Origin: Pyrinomonadaceae bacterium
GTDB lineage: Bacteria; Acidobacteriota; Blastocatellia; Pyrinomonadales; Pyrinomonadaceae
Length of the DNA: 64,000 nucleotides
NCBI GenBank assembly: GCA_041747575.1
Contig: JBGTEX010000034.1
Location: 1,560 to 65,559 of the forward strand
Reading direction: 5' to 3'
Shown: in pieces, positions 19,951-27,602 of the stretch
Numbering within the stretch: the first letter of the stretch is position 1
How the letters are laid out: every line of letters begins with the position of its first letter
The notes under the pieces: model-generated
Seen by the model: the letters and a program-made list of their open reading frames with translations, nothing else
Databases searched by the model: none
What the model was told of the DNA's origin: nothing
Translations under genes and position numbers: made by a program

Positions 19951-20232
19951 ATGTCGCTAACAATCTTTTTTTCAGGACATTTAAAGAGCTTTACCGGGGG
20001 CGAACTAAAGTCTCAGCTCGATGAGAATTTTCTTACCGTTGGCGAGGCTCTCGATTCGCTTTGGATACTTCATCCTGCGCTTCGCGACCGAGTTTTGAAC
20101 GAACAAGGTGAGATACGAACGCACGTGAACATCTTTGCCGGCAGCGACGATGTAAAAAGGCGGAAAGGCTTAGAAACCCGCATTGACTCAAACACCGAAC
20201 TGCATATTTTCAATGCCGTCAGCGGCGGCTGA
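19951..20232 (+). CDS. MoaD/ThiS-family ubiquitin-like small protein (C-terminal Gly-Gly)
   Basis: Track ORF 19924..20232. I prefer ATG 19951 (MSLTIFFSGHLK), which follows GGAGG. 93 aa ending ...IFNAVSGG. Confidence 0.65.
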   Translation: MSLTIFFSGHLKSFTGGELKSQLDENFLTVGEALDSLWILHPALRDRVLNEQGEIRTHVNIFAGSDDVKRRKGLETRIDSNTELHIFNAVSGG

Positions 20233-20267
20233 CGGAGCGACGACACTCTTGTCCTCATGAGTGCAAA
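20233..20267. repeat. degenerate copy of the GCGGAC-hairpin REP-like element
   Basis: CGGAGCGACGACACTCTTGTCCTCATGAGTGCAAA compared with 27387.. CGGAGCGCGGACACTCTTGTCCGCATGAGCACAAA. Confidence 0.6.
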
Positions 20268-20276
20268 CTTCACCGA

Positions 20277-20692
20277 AAATAGAGCGGCAAGCCTCGAGCG
20301 CCGCCTTTGACCGGCGGGTCAGAACCGGAAGCGATACGACTGGTTCTTTTGACAGGTGGCATTGTTTGCGGCTATGCGGCCGCGACCGGCAGAAATTCGC
20401 ATAAATCTAATGGCCAGAATAATTAACAAAAACCTGTCGCCCGCTACGCGGGCTTCGATCATCCTGTGCATCTGACCCCAGGTTCCGCCGAAACGGCTCC
20501 ACCTGGGGCTACATGCTTTCGCTGCTCCGCAGCTTCTGGGCACTTTTGACAAAGTCCCCAAATCACAGACCGCTTCTGAGCGCTTTTGACAAAAGCCCTA
20601 AATCACCAGACCGCTTCACACTTTCCCTTGCGCAATTTCGTCAGCTAAAGCAGACGGCATTGATCTTTGCACCGCGGCTTGCCGCTCTATTT
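20277..20692. other. ~415-bp non-coding segment bounded by perfect 17-bp inverted repeats
   Basis: AAATAGAGCGGCAAGCC (20277..20293) is the exact reverse complement of GGCTTGCCGCTCTATTT (20676..20692). No flanking target duplication was seen. Confidence 0.5.
20541..20621. repeat. two tandem 40/41-bp units, each containing TTGACAAA
   Basis: CACTTTTGACAAAGTCCCCAAATCACAGACCGCTTCTGAG followed by CGCTTTTGACAAAAGCCCTAAATCACCAGACCGCTTCACAC. Confidence 0.7.
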
Positions 20693-21154
20693 CCCTTGCG
20701 GCACAATCTTTCTCAGCCAGCATCTACATCTCCCGTATCGAATCCGTTACCGCTCTAGTGCTAAACATATACTTATTGCTTGTCTAAGTTACTTTAAACA
20801 GATAAAGTAATCTTACGGAAAGCTAAGTTTACTTTCCTGCCAATATGTCTCGGGCCTCAGGCTGTCACGGTTTTTTGGTATGTCTGAAAATTTTTGGATC
20901 GGGCTTCAATTGGATTTCGACTCCGCAAAAGCGAAAGATTTGATGGCAAAAACACTCACTCTGATAAAGCCATGGAAATCTCTGGAAACAAATCCGGCCT
21001 GACTAAGGGCTATTGTCCGGGCTAACACCTATCGGAGCAAGTTGAAAATGTGCTTTCAGAATCGCGTGAGCGATTAACGAATTGGAAAATCTTTCAATCC
21101 AGAAACCACAATTCTCCGATATTTTTTCGGATACTTTGCGCACAGCTAATTTTT

Positions 21155-21559
21155 TCACGGTGCAATGAGTTCGACGGATGGAAAATATCTTTTGAAACGT
21201 CGCGTATCACGCGTAAGAATGCGAAACCCTGCAACGTCGGCGTGTGCACCGATGTAAAAATCCGGCATTGGGGAAGTTCGAGAGCCGCCCTGCCGACGAT
21301 ATTTCACAAAGGCCCGCCCCGCGATAAAGGCTGCTGCATATGGAAGATCGTCTCTTCGACAAAGAGAAGGAGGAATAACTTTGTTCAAATCATCCATTGA
21401 CCGATATCGTATGGAAACCTCAGCGTAAATGACAGGATTGATTACAACCGCCGCCTCGTCACCCGCGGCAGCCAGAGCCGATGATGACCACTCGAACCAA
21501 TTCTTATCGCGGAGCAAAACGTCGATCAGGACGCTGCTGTCAACAAGTACGTCTTTCAA
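21155..21559 (-). CDS. vapC: type II toxin, PIN-domain ribonuclease VapC
   Basis: 134 aa with MKDVLVDSSVLIDVL (first acidic residue) ... PDFYIGAHA ... ILTRDTRRF. Overlaps the upstream antitoxin gene by 4 nt. Confidence 0.8.
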   Translation of the reverse strand: MKDVLVDSSVLIDVLLRDKNWFEWSSSALAAAGDEAAVVINPVIYAEVSIRYRSMDDLNKVIPPSLCRRDDLPYAAAFIAGRAFVKYRRQGGSRTSPMPDFYIGAHADVAGFRILTRDTRRFKRYFPSVELIAP

Positions 21560-21804
21560 TCGTCACCTCTGGTTAGAAGCAGGATTTCATCCGTGGTCAT
21601 ACCCAGGCTCCGATCGGTCGCGGAGCCGGAGAGAAGTGCGACAAGACGTTCGCCGCGGCCTGGACGACCGGAATTATTCTTCGATTTTACGATGCTCGCC
21701 ACGTTGCCGTTTTGCACGATTTCTACCTCGGTGCCCGGGAGCATCCCGAGATTCTTTCGCACGGAGAGCGGTATCGTCACCTGACCTTTTGTAGTAATTC
21801 TCAT
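21556..21804 (-). CDS. vapB: type II antitoxin, AbrB/MazE/SpoVT-type VapB
   Basis: 82 aa. MRITTKGQVTIPLSVRKNLGMLPGTEVEIV is a typical SpoVT/AbrB swapped-hairpin motif. Confidence 0.8.
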   Translation of the reverse strand: MRITTKGQVTIPLSVRKNLGMLPGTEVEIVQNGNVASIVKSKNNSGRPGRGERLVALLSGSATDRSLGMTTDEILLLTRGDD

Positions 21805-21805
21805 G

Positions 21806-21827
21806 GTATTACTCCCATAAGTAATAC
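21806..21827 (-). promoter_or_regulatory. 8-bp-arm palindrome GTATTACT-N6-AGTAATAC abutting the vapB start codon
   Basis: Read directly from the sequence. On the minus strand it reads GTATTACT-TATGGG-AGTAATAC-C-ATG, so the likely RBS (GGGAG) straddles the spacer and the 3' arm. Confidence 0.4.
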
Positions 21828-21986
21828 TAGCACGATAGGAATTCTCAATACAACAGGATCTTCTGACTCTTGCTGTTCCTTGGGGTTGTTGGCTTACCGC
21901 ACAGGACTGTAACCTCCCAACCTATAATTCCACCAGTGCAATTGCAAAGCGTTTTCTTAGATACATGGCGTGGAACTTAGATACAT

Positions 21987-23237
21987 TTAGTAAAGCAAAT
22001 AGTTTGACCGGTTATTGCCGAATTGCTTTATTCCGTCGGCCCACAAGTTTTCGATCTCTTTGAGGGAAACACTCGCTTCAATAGCTTTACGGATCTTGTC
22101 GGTGCCGCAGACGACGTCGAACGGGTTTTTGTCGAAGACGTATTCATAGGCGTTTTGGCGCCATTGGAATTGCTCGGGATACATTTCGTATGCGGTCTTT
22201 ACCATGGCGATGCCGACGATGACGGGCGTAAAAATATCTCTGTCGGTGACGTGGATCTGGACGCCGCCGCAGGTTTGGCCGGCGAATTCGCAGAAGGTCG
22301 GTTCGAAGAAGGCGTGGCGGAATTTTACGCCGGGGAAGTCGAATCCGTTTAAGGCTTCGGCCCATCCGTACGGGTCGATATATGGCGCACCGTTCAGGAA
22401 AAATGGCAGCGTTGTGCCGCGGCCTTCGCTAAGTTCAGTGCCTTCGATGTGAACGGTTGCGGGGAAGACAGCGCAGGTTTCAACGGTCGGAATATTTGGC
22501 GACGGGATGATCCATGGCAGGCCCGTTTGGTCGCCCCACATTTCGCGGCTCCAGCCGGTCATCTCGACAACATCTAATTCGCAGCCGATGCCAAAATACT
22601 CGTTGAACATCAGAGCAAGTTCGCCGATCGTCATGCCGTGTCGCGTCGGCAGCTCAAATTGGCCAACGAAGGATTTGAATTCGTGTTCGGTAATATTGCC
22701 CTCAATGGCGTTGCCATTGATCGGGTTCGGCCGGTCGCAGACGATTACCTTTTTACCCCATTTTGCGGCGGCACGCATGCAGTTCGCCATTGTGTAGATA
22801 AAAGTATAAATGCGGCAGCCTACGTCCTGCAGATCGACGACGATCACATCCACATCACTTAGCATTTCCCTGGTCGGCTCGCGGGTTTCGCTGTAGAGCG
22901 AATAGGCCATGATGCCCGTTCGTTCGTCGCGGACGTGCGGCGTTTCGATCATGTTGTACTGAACATCGCCGCGAATGCCGTGCTGCGGGCCAAAGAGCGT
23001 GGTCAATTCAAATTCATTGCGCGCTCCAAAAACATCCGCCGCGTGGGCAAACGTATCCGGCATAACGGATGCCTGATTACAAACCAACCCGACACGCTTT
23101 CCACGAATCAGATCAATTTTTTCATCGAGAAGTCGTTCGACGCCAAGACGCGTTCGTGTATTTTGCATCGGGTTAAGTCCAGCCATCCTTTCTTGAAGCA
23201 ACAAAGCAGAAGACCATCCGTCCACTACAAAGACCAA
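21987..23237 (-). CDS. DUF1343 family protein (NamZ/YbbC-like exo-beta-N-acetylmuramidase)
   Basis: 416-aa ORF with KRVGLVCNQASV and the rest of the conserved DUF1343 pattern. The true start is probably internal (MAGLNPMQ at 23186 or MQNTRTRLG at 23168). Confidence 0.75.
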   Translation of the reverse strand: MVFVVDGWSSALLLQERMAGLNPMQNTRTRLGVERLLDEKIDLIRGKRVGLVCNQASVMPDTFAHAADVFGARNEFELTTLFGPQHGIRGDVQYNMIETPHVRDERTGIMAYSLYSETREPTREMLSDVDVIVVDLQDVGCRIYTFIYTMANCMRAAAKWGKKVIVCDRPNPINGNAIEGNITEHEFKSFVGQFELPTRHGMTIGELALMFNEYFGIGCELDVVEMTGWSREMWGDQTGLPWIIPSPNIPTVETCAVFPATVHIEGTELSEGRGTTLPFFLNGAPYIDPYGWAEALNGFDFPGVKFRHAFFEPTFCEFAGQTCGGVQIHVTDRDIFTPVIVGIAMVKTAYEMYPEQFQWRQNAYEYVFDKNPFDVVCGTDKIRKAIEASVSLKEIENLWADGIKQFGNNRSNYLLY

Positions 23238-23245
23238 AGTATTTC

Positions 23246-23279
23246 AGCGGATAGTGATAGTTGATTAGCGGATAGTGAT
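23246..23279. promoter_or_regulatory. two direct 13-bp repeats AGCGGATAGTGAT spaced 21 bp apart, upstream of the DUF1343 gene
   Basis: Copies at 23246..23258 and 23267..23279 are identical. They lie 60-110 bp upstream of the likely start codons. Confidence 0.35.
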
Positions 23280-23290
23280 TTTCAGAAAAG

Positions 23291-23620
23291 CTACGCCTCG
23301 ACGGTCTGAGCCCCCGGGCCGTTTTTCTTTACAGATTCTATACCGTTTTCCATCGACGCGGTTGATTTATACATTTCGCTTTGGCCGATAACCTGTCCGT
23401 TTCCGGCTTTCAGCCTAAAATACGGATCGCCGCTCTTTGACGTCGCGCGCTCGTAACGGCCGTCATCGCCCGCGTTCTTCGCAACGGAAGCAATGCCGTT
23501 CACGGCCGCCGATTTTGACTCGTACATTTCGCTTGTTAGGATGATCTGTCCGTTTCCGGCCAAAAGATTAAAGTGATATTTGCCATTCCTGGCAACCTTT
23601 AATTCGAATTTTCCCGCCAT
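23291..23620 (-). CDS. yegP: YegP family protein (two DUF1508 repeats)
   Basis: 109 aa. Two repeats of the ...NGQIILTSEMYESKSAAVNGIASV... / ...NGQVIGQSEMYKSTASMENGIESV... pattern. Confidence 0.85.
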   Translation of the reverse strand: MAGKFELKVARNGKYHFNLLAGNGQIILTSEMYESKSAAVNGIASVAKNAGDDGRYERATSKSGDPYFRLKAGNGQVIGQSEMYKSTASMENGIESVKKNGPGAQTVEA

Positions 23621-23713
23621 TTTTATTTTTCTCCTTTAGGTGATGCTGTCAGGTAAAAGTTTTATTTTATCAGCGAATAGAATATCGCACAGGTGATCCC
23701 GCTTTATCAACCG

Positions 23714-24193
23714 CTAAGCAATAAAATCGTGGTGCAGATCGCGCGGGCCCAGATTGTTTCGGATAATGATGCGTGCACAGCCGTTCCAACGCAAAATTGC
23801 GTCGTCTATCCCCTGCGGCCTCATCGCTTCGGCAGTTTCAAAACAGTCCATCGCCTGGCAGAATAGCTCATACGCTCCGGCGGCGCCCCGGTTGAGAACA
23901 GCCTTTGCCCGCCGCTCATACATGATGCCGGTGTAGTATGAGCGTTCATAATCGCTTTTGATCCGCGTCACAAATTCGGCGATACGTGCGTCACCGATGG
24001 CGTAATCTTTACCAAAGCGGTCGCTCATTGCGAGGACGATATTTTTAAGCGCCTCCTGATTATCAGGCTCGACAGCGAGAATATCCAGATAAATGCTCTC
24101 TGCGGCGCCCGGCTCATTCAGCAGACGGTAGCGGTTTGCCTTTTCTAACGCGGCCGGGATCGCTTCTTCGGATAATGATTTTAATTCAAACAT
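23714..24193 (-). CDS. hypothetical protein, TPR-like helical
   Basis: Track ORF 23714..24226. Starting at MFELKSLSEEAIPAALEKANRYRLLNEPGAAESIYLDIL (24193) avoids overlap with the upstream gene. Confidence 0.5.
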   Translation of the reverse strand: MFELKSLSEEAIPAALEKANRYRLLNEPGAAESIYLDILAVEPDNQEALKNIVLAMSDRFGKDYAIGDARIAEFVTRIKSDYERSYYTGIMYERRAKAVLNRGAAGAYELFCQAMDCFETAEAMRPQGIDDAILRWNGCARIIIRNNLGPRDLHHDFIA

Positions 24194-24197
24194 AGGC

Positions 24198-24485
24198 TCA
24201 GGTTTTTGTATTTTTTTGCAAGGCAAATGCCCCCTCGTTTCGCCGCCAATTAATAAAACCCATTATAAGCCCAAACAGCGTACCGTGCAGAATAAATCTT
24301 ACCCACGTCGTCGAATCGCTGAAATATTGCCCAAACGACTGAGCTTCGCCCGGAAAAAGAAAATACCCAACCACCTGCAGCACGACCGCAAACGGCCCGC
24401 CGGTTATCAGGATGCCGTCGAAAAGCAAATACCGCCAGATGCCCTTGTCGCGTTTTTCGTTCCAGATTTCGGGCGAATATTTCAT
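24198..24485 (-). CDS. small membrane protein (2 predicted TM helices), hypothetical
   Basis: Track ORF 24198..24506 starts at TTG. The ATG at 24485 gives MKYSPEIWNEKRDKGIWRYLLFDGILITGGPFAVVLQVVGYFLF... Confidence 0.45.
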   Translation of the reverse strand: MKYSPEIWNEKRDKGIWRYLLFDGILITGGPFAVVLQVVGYFLFPGEAQSFGQYFSDSTTWVRFILHGTLFGLIMGFINWRRNEGAFALQKNTKT

Positions 24486-24506
24486 AAATGTATCGTTAGC
24501 AGACAA

Positions 24507-24606
24507 GTGTCAGCAGCCCACACGTAAGTAAGGGCTAATTGTACCCTGTCACGCCGTTTTCAAGGCCGTAATTCCTGGCACTTACTCACGTGCGGGCTAC
24601 TGACAC
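24507..24606 (-). other. long RNA hairpin (26-bp stem, 48-nt loop) between sdhB and the downstream small gene
   Basis: Arms 24507..24532 and 24581..24606 pair at 23 Watson-Crick positions. The other 3 positions are C-A mismatches on the plus strand and become G-U wobbles in the minus-strand transcript. Confidence 0.6.
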
Positions 24607-24619
24607 ATCGTGACTGATC

Positions 24620-25363
24620 TCACTTCTTCCTAAACAGTTTTACCAACTTCACGAGCGGGTCATAATGCTCATCGACCACACGCTCTTTTAGAGGAATAAT
24701 AGCATTGTCCGTTATGGTAATGTTTTCGGGGCAAACCTTTGAGCAGCACTTTGTGATGTTGCAATAGCCTATGCCGTGGGCGTCCTTTAGTTCCTGCGTT
24801 CTGTTTTCGGTGTCGAGCGGGTGCATTTCGAGGGCTGCGACGTGGACTAAAAAGCGAGGGCCGATGAATTCGTCGTGTTTCTGGTGGTCGCGGAGAACGT
24901 GGCAGACGTCCTGACACAAAAAACACTCGATACATTTACGAAATTCCTGTACGCGGTCGATGTCTTCCTGCTGCATCCGCCATGTGCCGTCCGCGGCGTC
25001 GGGACTTCGCGGTTTGAATTTCTTGATTCGTTTTTTAACTTCGTAATTCCATTTTACATCCGTGATCAGATCTTTCATCACGGGAAAAGCCCGCATCGGC
25101 TCGATCGTCACCGGCTCGTCCAGCGGGATAGTGTCGAGGCGCGTCATGCACATAAGCTTTGGCTTGCCGTTGATCTCAGCCGAGCATGAACCGCATTTCC
25201 CGGCTTTACAGTTCCAGCGACAGGCAAGGTCGCCCGCCGATTCCGCCTGTATCTGATGCACCGCATCAAGCACGACCATCCCTTCGGAAACTTCGGTTTG
25301 GTAGTCAATCATCTCACCACCCGTCGCCCCGCCGCGTCTTATACTAAATGTTGCTTGTGTCAT
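24620..25363 (-). CDS. sdhB: succinate dehydrogenase/fumarate reductase iron-sulfur subunit
   Basis: 247 aa. Cys clusters CRWNCKAGKCGSCSAEING, CIECFLCQDVC and CNITKCCSKVCP. Confidence 0.9.
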   Translation of the reverse strand: MTQATFSIRRGGATGGEMIDYQTEVSEGMVVLDAVHQIQAESAGDLACRWNCKAGKCGSCSAEINGKPKLMCMTRLDTIPLDEPVTIEPMRAFPVMKDLITDVKWNYEVKKRIKKFKPRSPDAADGTWRMQQEDIDRVQEFRKCIECFLCQDVCHVLRDHQKHDEFIGPRFLVHVAALEMHPLDTENRTQELKDAHGIGYCNITKCCSKVCPENITITDNAIIPLKERVVDEHYDPLVKLVKLFRKK

Positions 25364-25560
25364 TTCTCTTGTGGATCTAATGCTCCAGGTTCGAGGAGTT
25401 TTACGATCTGCTCCCGCTTTACTGACGGAAAGTCTTCCAGGAACTCGTTGATGGTTTCGCCTGTTTCCAGATAATCGAACAAATTACTGATCGGAACTCG
25501 CGTTCCGTTAAACACCGGAGTGCCGCCAAGGATATCTCTGTCTATGTTGATGACCTTCAT
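25360..25560 (-). CDS. DUF433 domain-containing protein (antitoxin-type HTH), embedded in the sdh operon
   Basis: 66 aa. The sequence DRDILGGTPVFNGTRVPISNLFDYLETGETINEFLEDFPSVKREQIVKLLE matches the DUF433 pattern (dP.i..GkPvi.GTRipV..vl..l..G.s.eeil.dyP.lt.e.i). Its TGA overlaps the sdhB ATG (ATGA). Confidence 0.75.
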   Translation of the reverse strand: MKVINIDRDILGGTPVFNGTRVPISNLFDYLETGETINEFLEDFPSVKREQIVKLLEPGALDPQEK

Positions 25561-25569
25561 AAGATCATT

Positions 25570-27381
25570 TTACCCCATTTCTTCAATGACTTTCTTTAAC
25601 TCCGCCGGCATTTCCGGAATCGGAACACGCTCGATCTTCATCGCACCGTCGTCGGTTTTCTTTAATGAAAAATTAAACTTGCCGTATTCAGGATCTTTAT
25701 CGGGAAAATCATCGCGAAATTGCCCGCCGCGGCTTTCTTTTCGTTCGAGCGCAGCTCTTGTGACCGCTTCGGAAACGGTCAGTAAATTATGCAGATCAAG
25801 CGCGGTGTGCCAGCCGGGGTTGAAGTCGATGTTACCGTACGCGAAGGCGTTTGCGGCCCGGTTTCGCAGGACGTCGATGCCGTTGAGGGCCTCGATCATT
25901 TCATCATGAGTGCGTACGATGCCGACGTTTGCCTGCATCATTTCCTGCAGATCGGTTTGGATCGCATATGGATTTTCGCCGCCTTCGCGTTCAAAAGGTT
26001 CGAGCGCCGACTTGGTTTTTTTAGCGATCTCATCGTTATTTATGACGCCGTGACCGTTTTCTTTTGCAAATGCGGCGGCGTATTCGCCGGCGCGTTTCCC
26101 AAAAACAATGAGGTCGGACAGCGAATTCCCGCCGAGCCGATTTGCCCCGTTAATGCCGGCCGCGCATTCGCCCGCGGCAAATAGACCAGGGACGGTCGAT
26201 GCCTGCGTATCCGCGTCAACCCGGATGCCGCCCATGACATAATGCGTTGTCGGCCCCACCTCCATCGGCGTCGTGGTGATGTCGAGATTAGCAAGCTGCT
26301 TAAACTGGTGATACATCGATGGCAGCTTTTTCTTGATGTGTTCGGGTGCGTTGTCGAGCTTTTCTTTTATCCAGGCAATATCGAGAAAAACGCCGCCGTG
26401 CGGCGAACCGCGGCCGGCTTTTACTTCGCGGACGATGCAGCGGGCGACGTGGTCACGGGTTAAAAGTTCCGGCGGCCGGCGGGCCTGTTTATCGCCGACG
26501 ACGTATCGCCATCCTTCGTCCGGCGTATCGGCGGTCTGATCTTTATACGGGCCCGGTATGTCGTCAAACATAAACCGGCTGCCTTCACTGTTTTTGAGAA
26601 TCCCGCCTTCGCCGCGAACGCCCTCAGTCACCAGAATTCCGCGTACGCTGGGCGGCCAAACCATACCGGTCGGATGAAACTGGATAAATTCCATATCGAT
26701 CAGCTCAGCACCCGCGTCATAAGCGAGCGTATGCCCGTCGCCCGTTCCTTCCCAACTGTTCGACGTGATCTTATAAGCGCGGCCAATACCGCCCGTCGCA
26801 AGAATAACGGCTTTAGCCTTAAAAACACGAAAACGGCCGTGCTCGCGCTCATACGCCAGGCAGCCTGTCACACGTTCGCCGTCTTTCAAAAGCGAGATGA
26901 CCGTTACCTCCATATAGACCTCGACGCCCTGATGGATGCCGTGATCCTGGAGCGTGCGAATGAGTTCGAGGCCGGTACGGTCGCCGACGTGTGCGAGCCG
27001 AGGGTAGCGGTGGCCGCCAAAATTTCGCTGCAAAATCCTGCCGTCTTTTGTCCGGTCAAAAACGGCTCCCCACGCTTCTAATTCGCGAACCCGATCAGGT
27101 GCTTCTTTGGCATGCAATTCGGCCATTCGCCAATTATTTATGTATTGGCCGCCACGCATCGTGTCGGTAAAATGCACCTTCCAATTATCGCGGTCATCGA
27201 CATTAGCCATCGCCGCCGCCATGCCACCTTCAGCCATCACGGTGTGGGCCTTGCCAAGCAGCGACTTACAGACAAGGCCAACCGAAACGCCGGCCGCCGA
27301 AGCCTCGATCGCAGCACGCAATCCCGCGCCGCCGGCGCCGATAACAAGAACGTCGTGTTCAAATGTAGTGAGATCTGTCAT
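25570..27381 (-). CDS. sdhA: succinate dehydrogenase/fumarate reductase flavoprotein subunit
   Basis: 603 aa. FAD-binding DVLVIGAGGAGLRAA, then HTVMAEGG, FHPTG and RLGGNSL. Confidence 0.95.
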   Translation of the reverse strand: MTDLTTFEHDVLVIGAGGAGLRAAIEASAAGVSVGLVCKSLLGKAHTVMAEGGMAAAMANVDDRDNWKVHFTDTMRGGQYINNWRMAELHAKEAPDRVRELEAWGAVFDRTKDGRILQRNFGGHRYPRLAHVGDRTGLELIRTLQDHGIHQGVEVYMEVTVISLLKDGERVTGCLAYEREHGRFRVFKAKAVILATGGIGRAYKITSNSWEGTGDGHTLAYDAGAELIDMEFIQFHPTGMVWPPSVRGILVTEGVRGEGGILKNSEGSRFMFDDIPGPYKDQTADTPDEGWRYVVGDKQARRPPELLTRDHVARCIVREVKAGRGSPHGGVFLDIAWIKEKLDNAPEHIKKKLPSMYHQFKQLANLDITTTPMEVGPTTHYVMGGIRVDADTQASTVPGLFAAGECAAGINGANRLGGNSLSDLIVFGKRAGEYAAAFAKENGHGVINNDEIAKKTKSALEPFEREGGENPYAIQTDLQEMMQANVGIVRTHDEMIEALNGIDVLRNRAANAFAYGNIDFNPGWHTALDLHNLLTVSEAVTRAALERKESRGGQFRDDFPDKDPEYGKFNFSLKKTDDGAMKIERVPIPEMPAELKKVIEEMG

Positions 27382-27385
27382 TCAG

Positions 27386-27535
27386 TCGGAGCGCGGACAC
27401 TCTTGTCCGCATGAGCACAAAGTGCGAAAAAACATTAACCTGAGAAACAACGCCGCCGCAAGATCGGAGCGCGGACGCTCTTGTCCGCATGAGCACCAAA
27501 GTGCGAAAAAAACATTAACCTGATAAACAACGCCG
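27386..27535. repeat. two tandem 78-bp REP-like units, each with a GCGGAC(A/G)-CTCT-TGTCCGC hairpin
   Basis: Unit 1 starts at 27386 and unit 2 at 27464: TCGGAGCGCGGAC(A/G)CTCTTGTCCGCATGAGCAC(C)AAAGTGCGAAAAAA(A)CATTAACCTGA(G/T)AAACAACGCCG. Hairpins at 27393..27410 and 27471..27488. Confidence 0.8.
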
Positions 27536-27602
27536 GACAACAAGAGCGCAAAACACAAAAAAGATTACGACCGAAAGATCAGAGCGCTCGTCAGCGTTCC
27601 GT

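Noticed and set aside
20296-20345. SRP (4.5S) RNA-like string GGGTCAGAACCGGAAGCGA
   Set aside because: It resembles the GUCAGGUCCGGAAGGAAGCAGC core only superficially. The helix-8 pairing around the GGAA tetraloop does not form (ACC-GGAA-GCG), and the flanking conserved nucleotides are missing.
385-20692. The 20-nt direct repeat (385..404 / 20673..20692) as attL/attR of a 20-kb island
   Set aside because: The interval contains core genes (hppA and others) of native-looking composition. The motif also occurs at 446 and inverted at 20277, and no integrase is present. A dispersed repeat is the more economical explanation.
27386-27535. Possible CRISPR array (also considered for 33305..33742 and 20541..20621)
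   Set aside because: The units are directly adjacent with no unique spacers. Unit sizes (78, 7, 21 and 40 bp) and copy numbers do not fit CRISPR, and there are no cas genes in the window.
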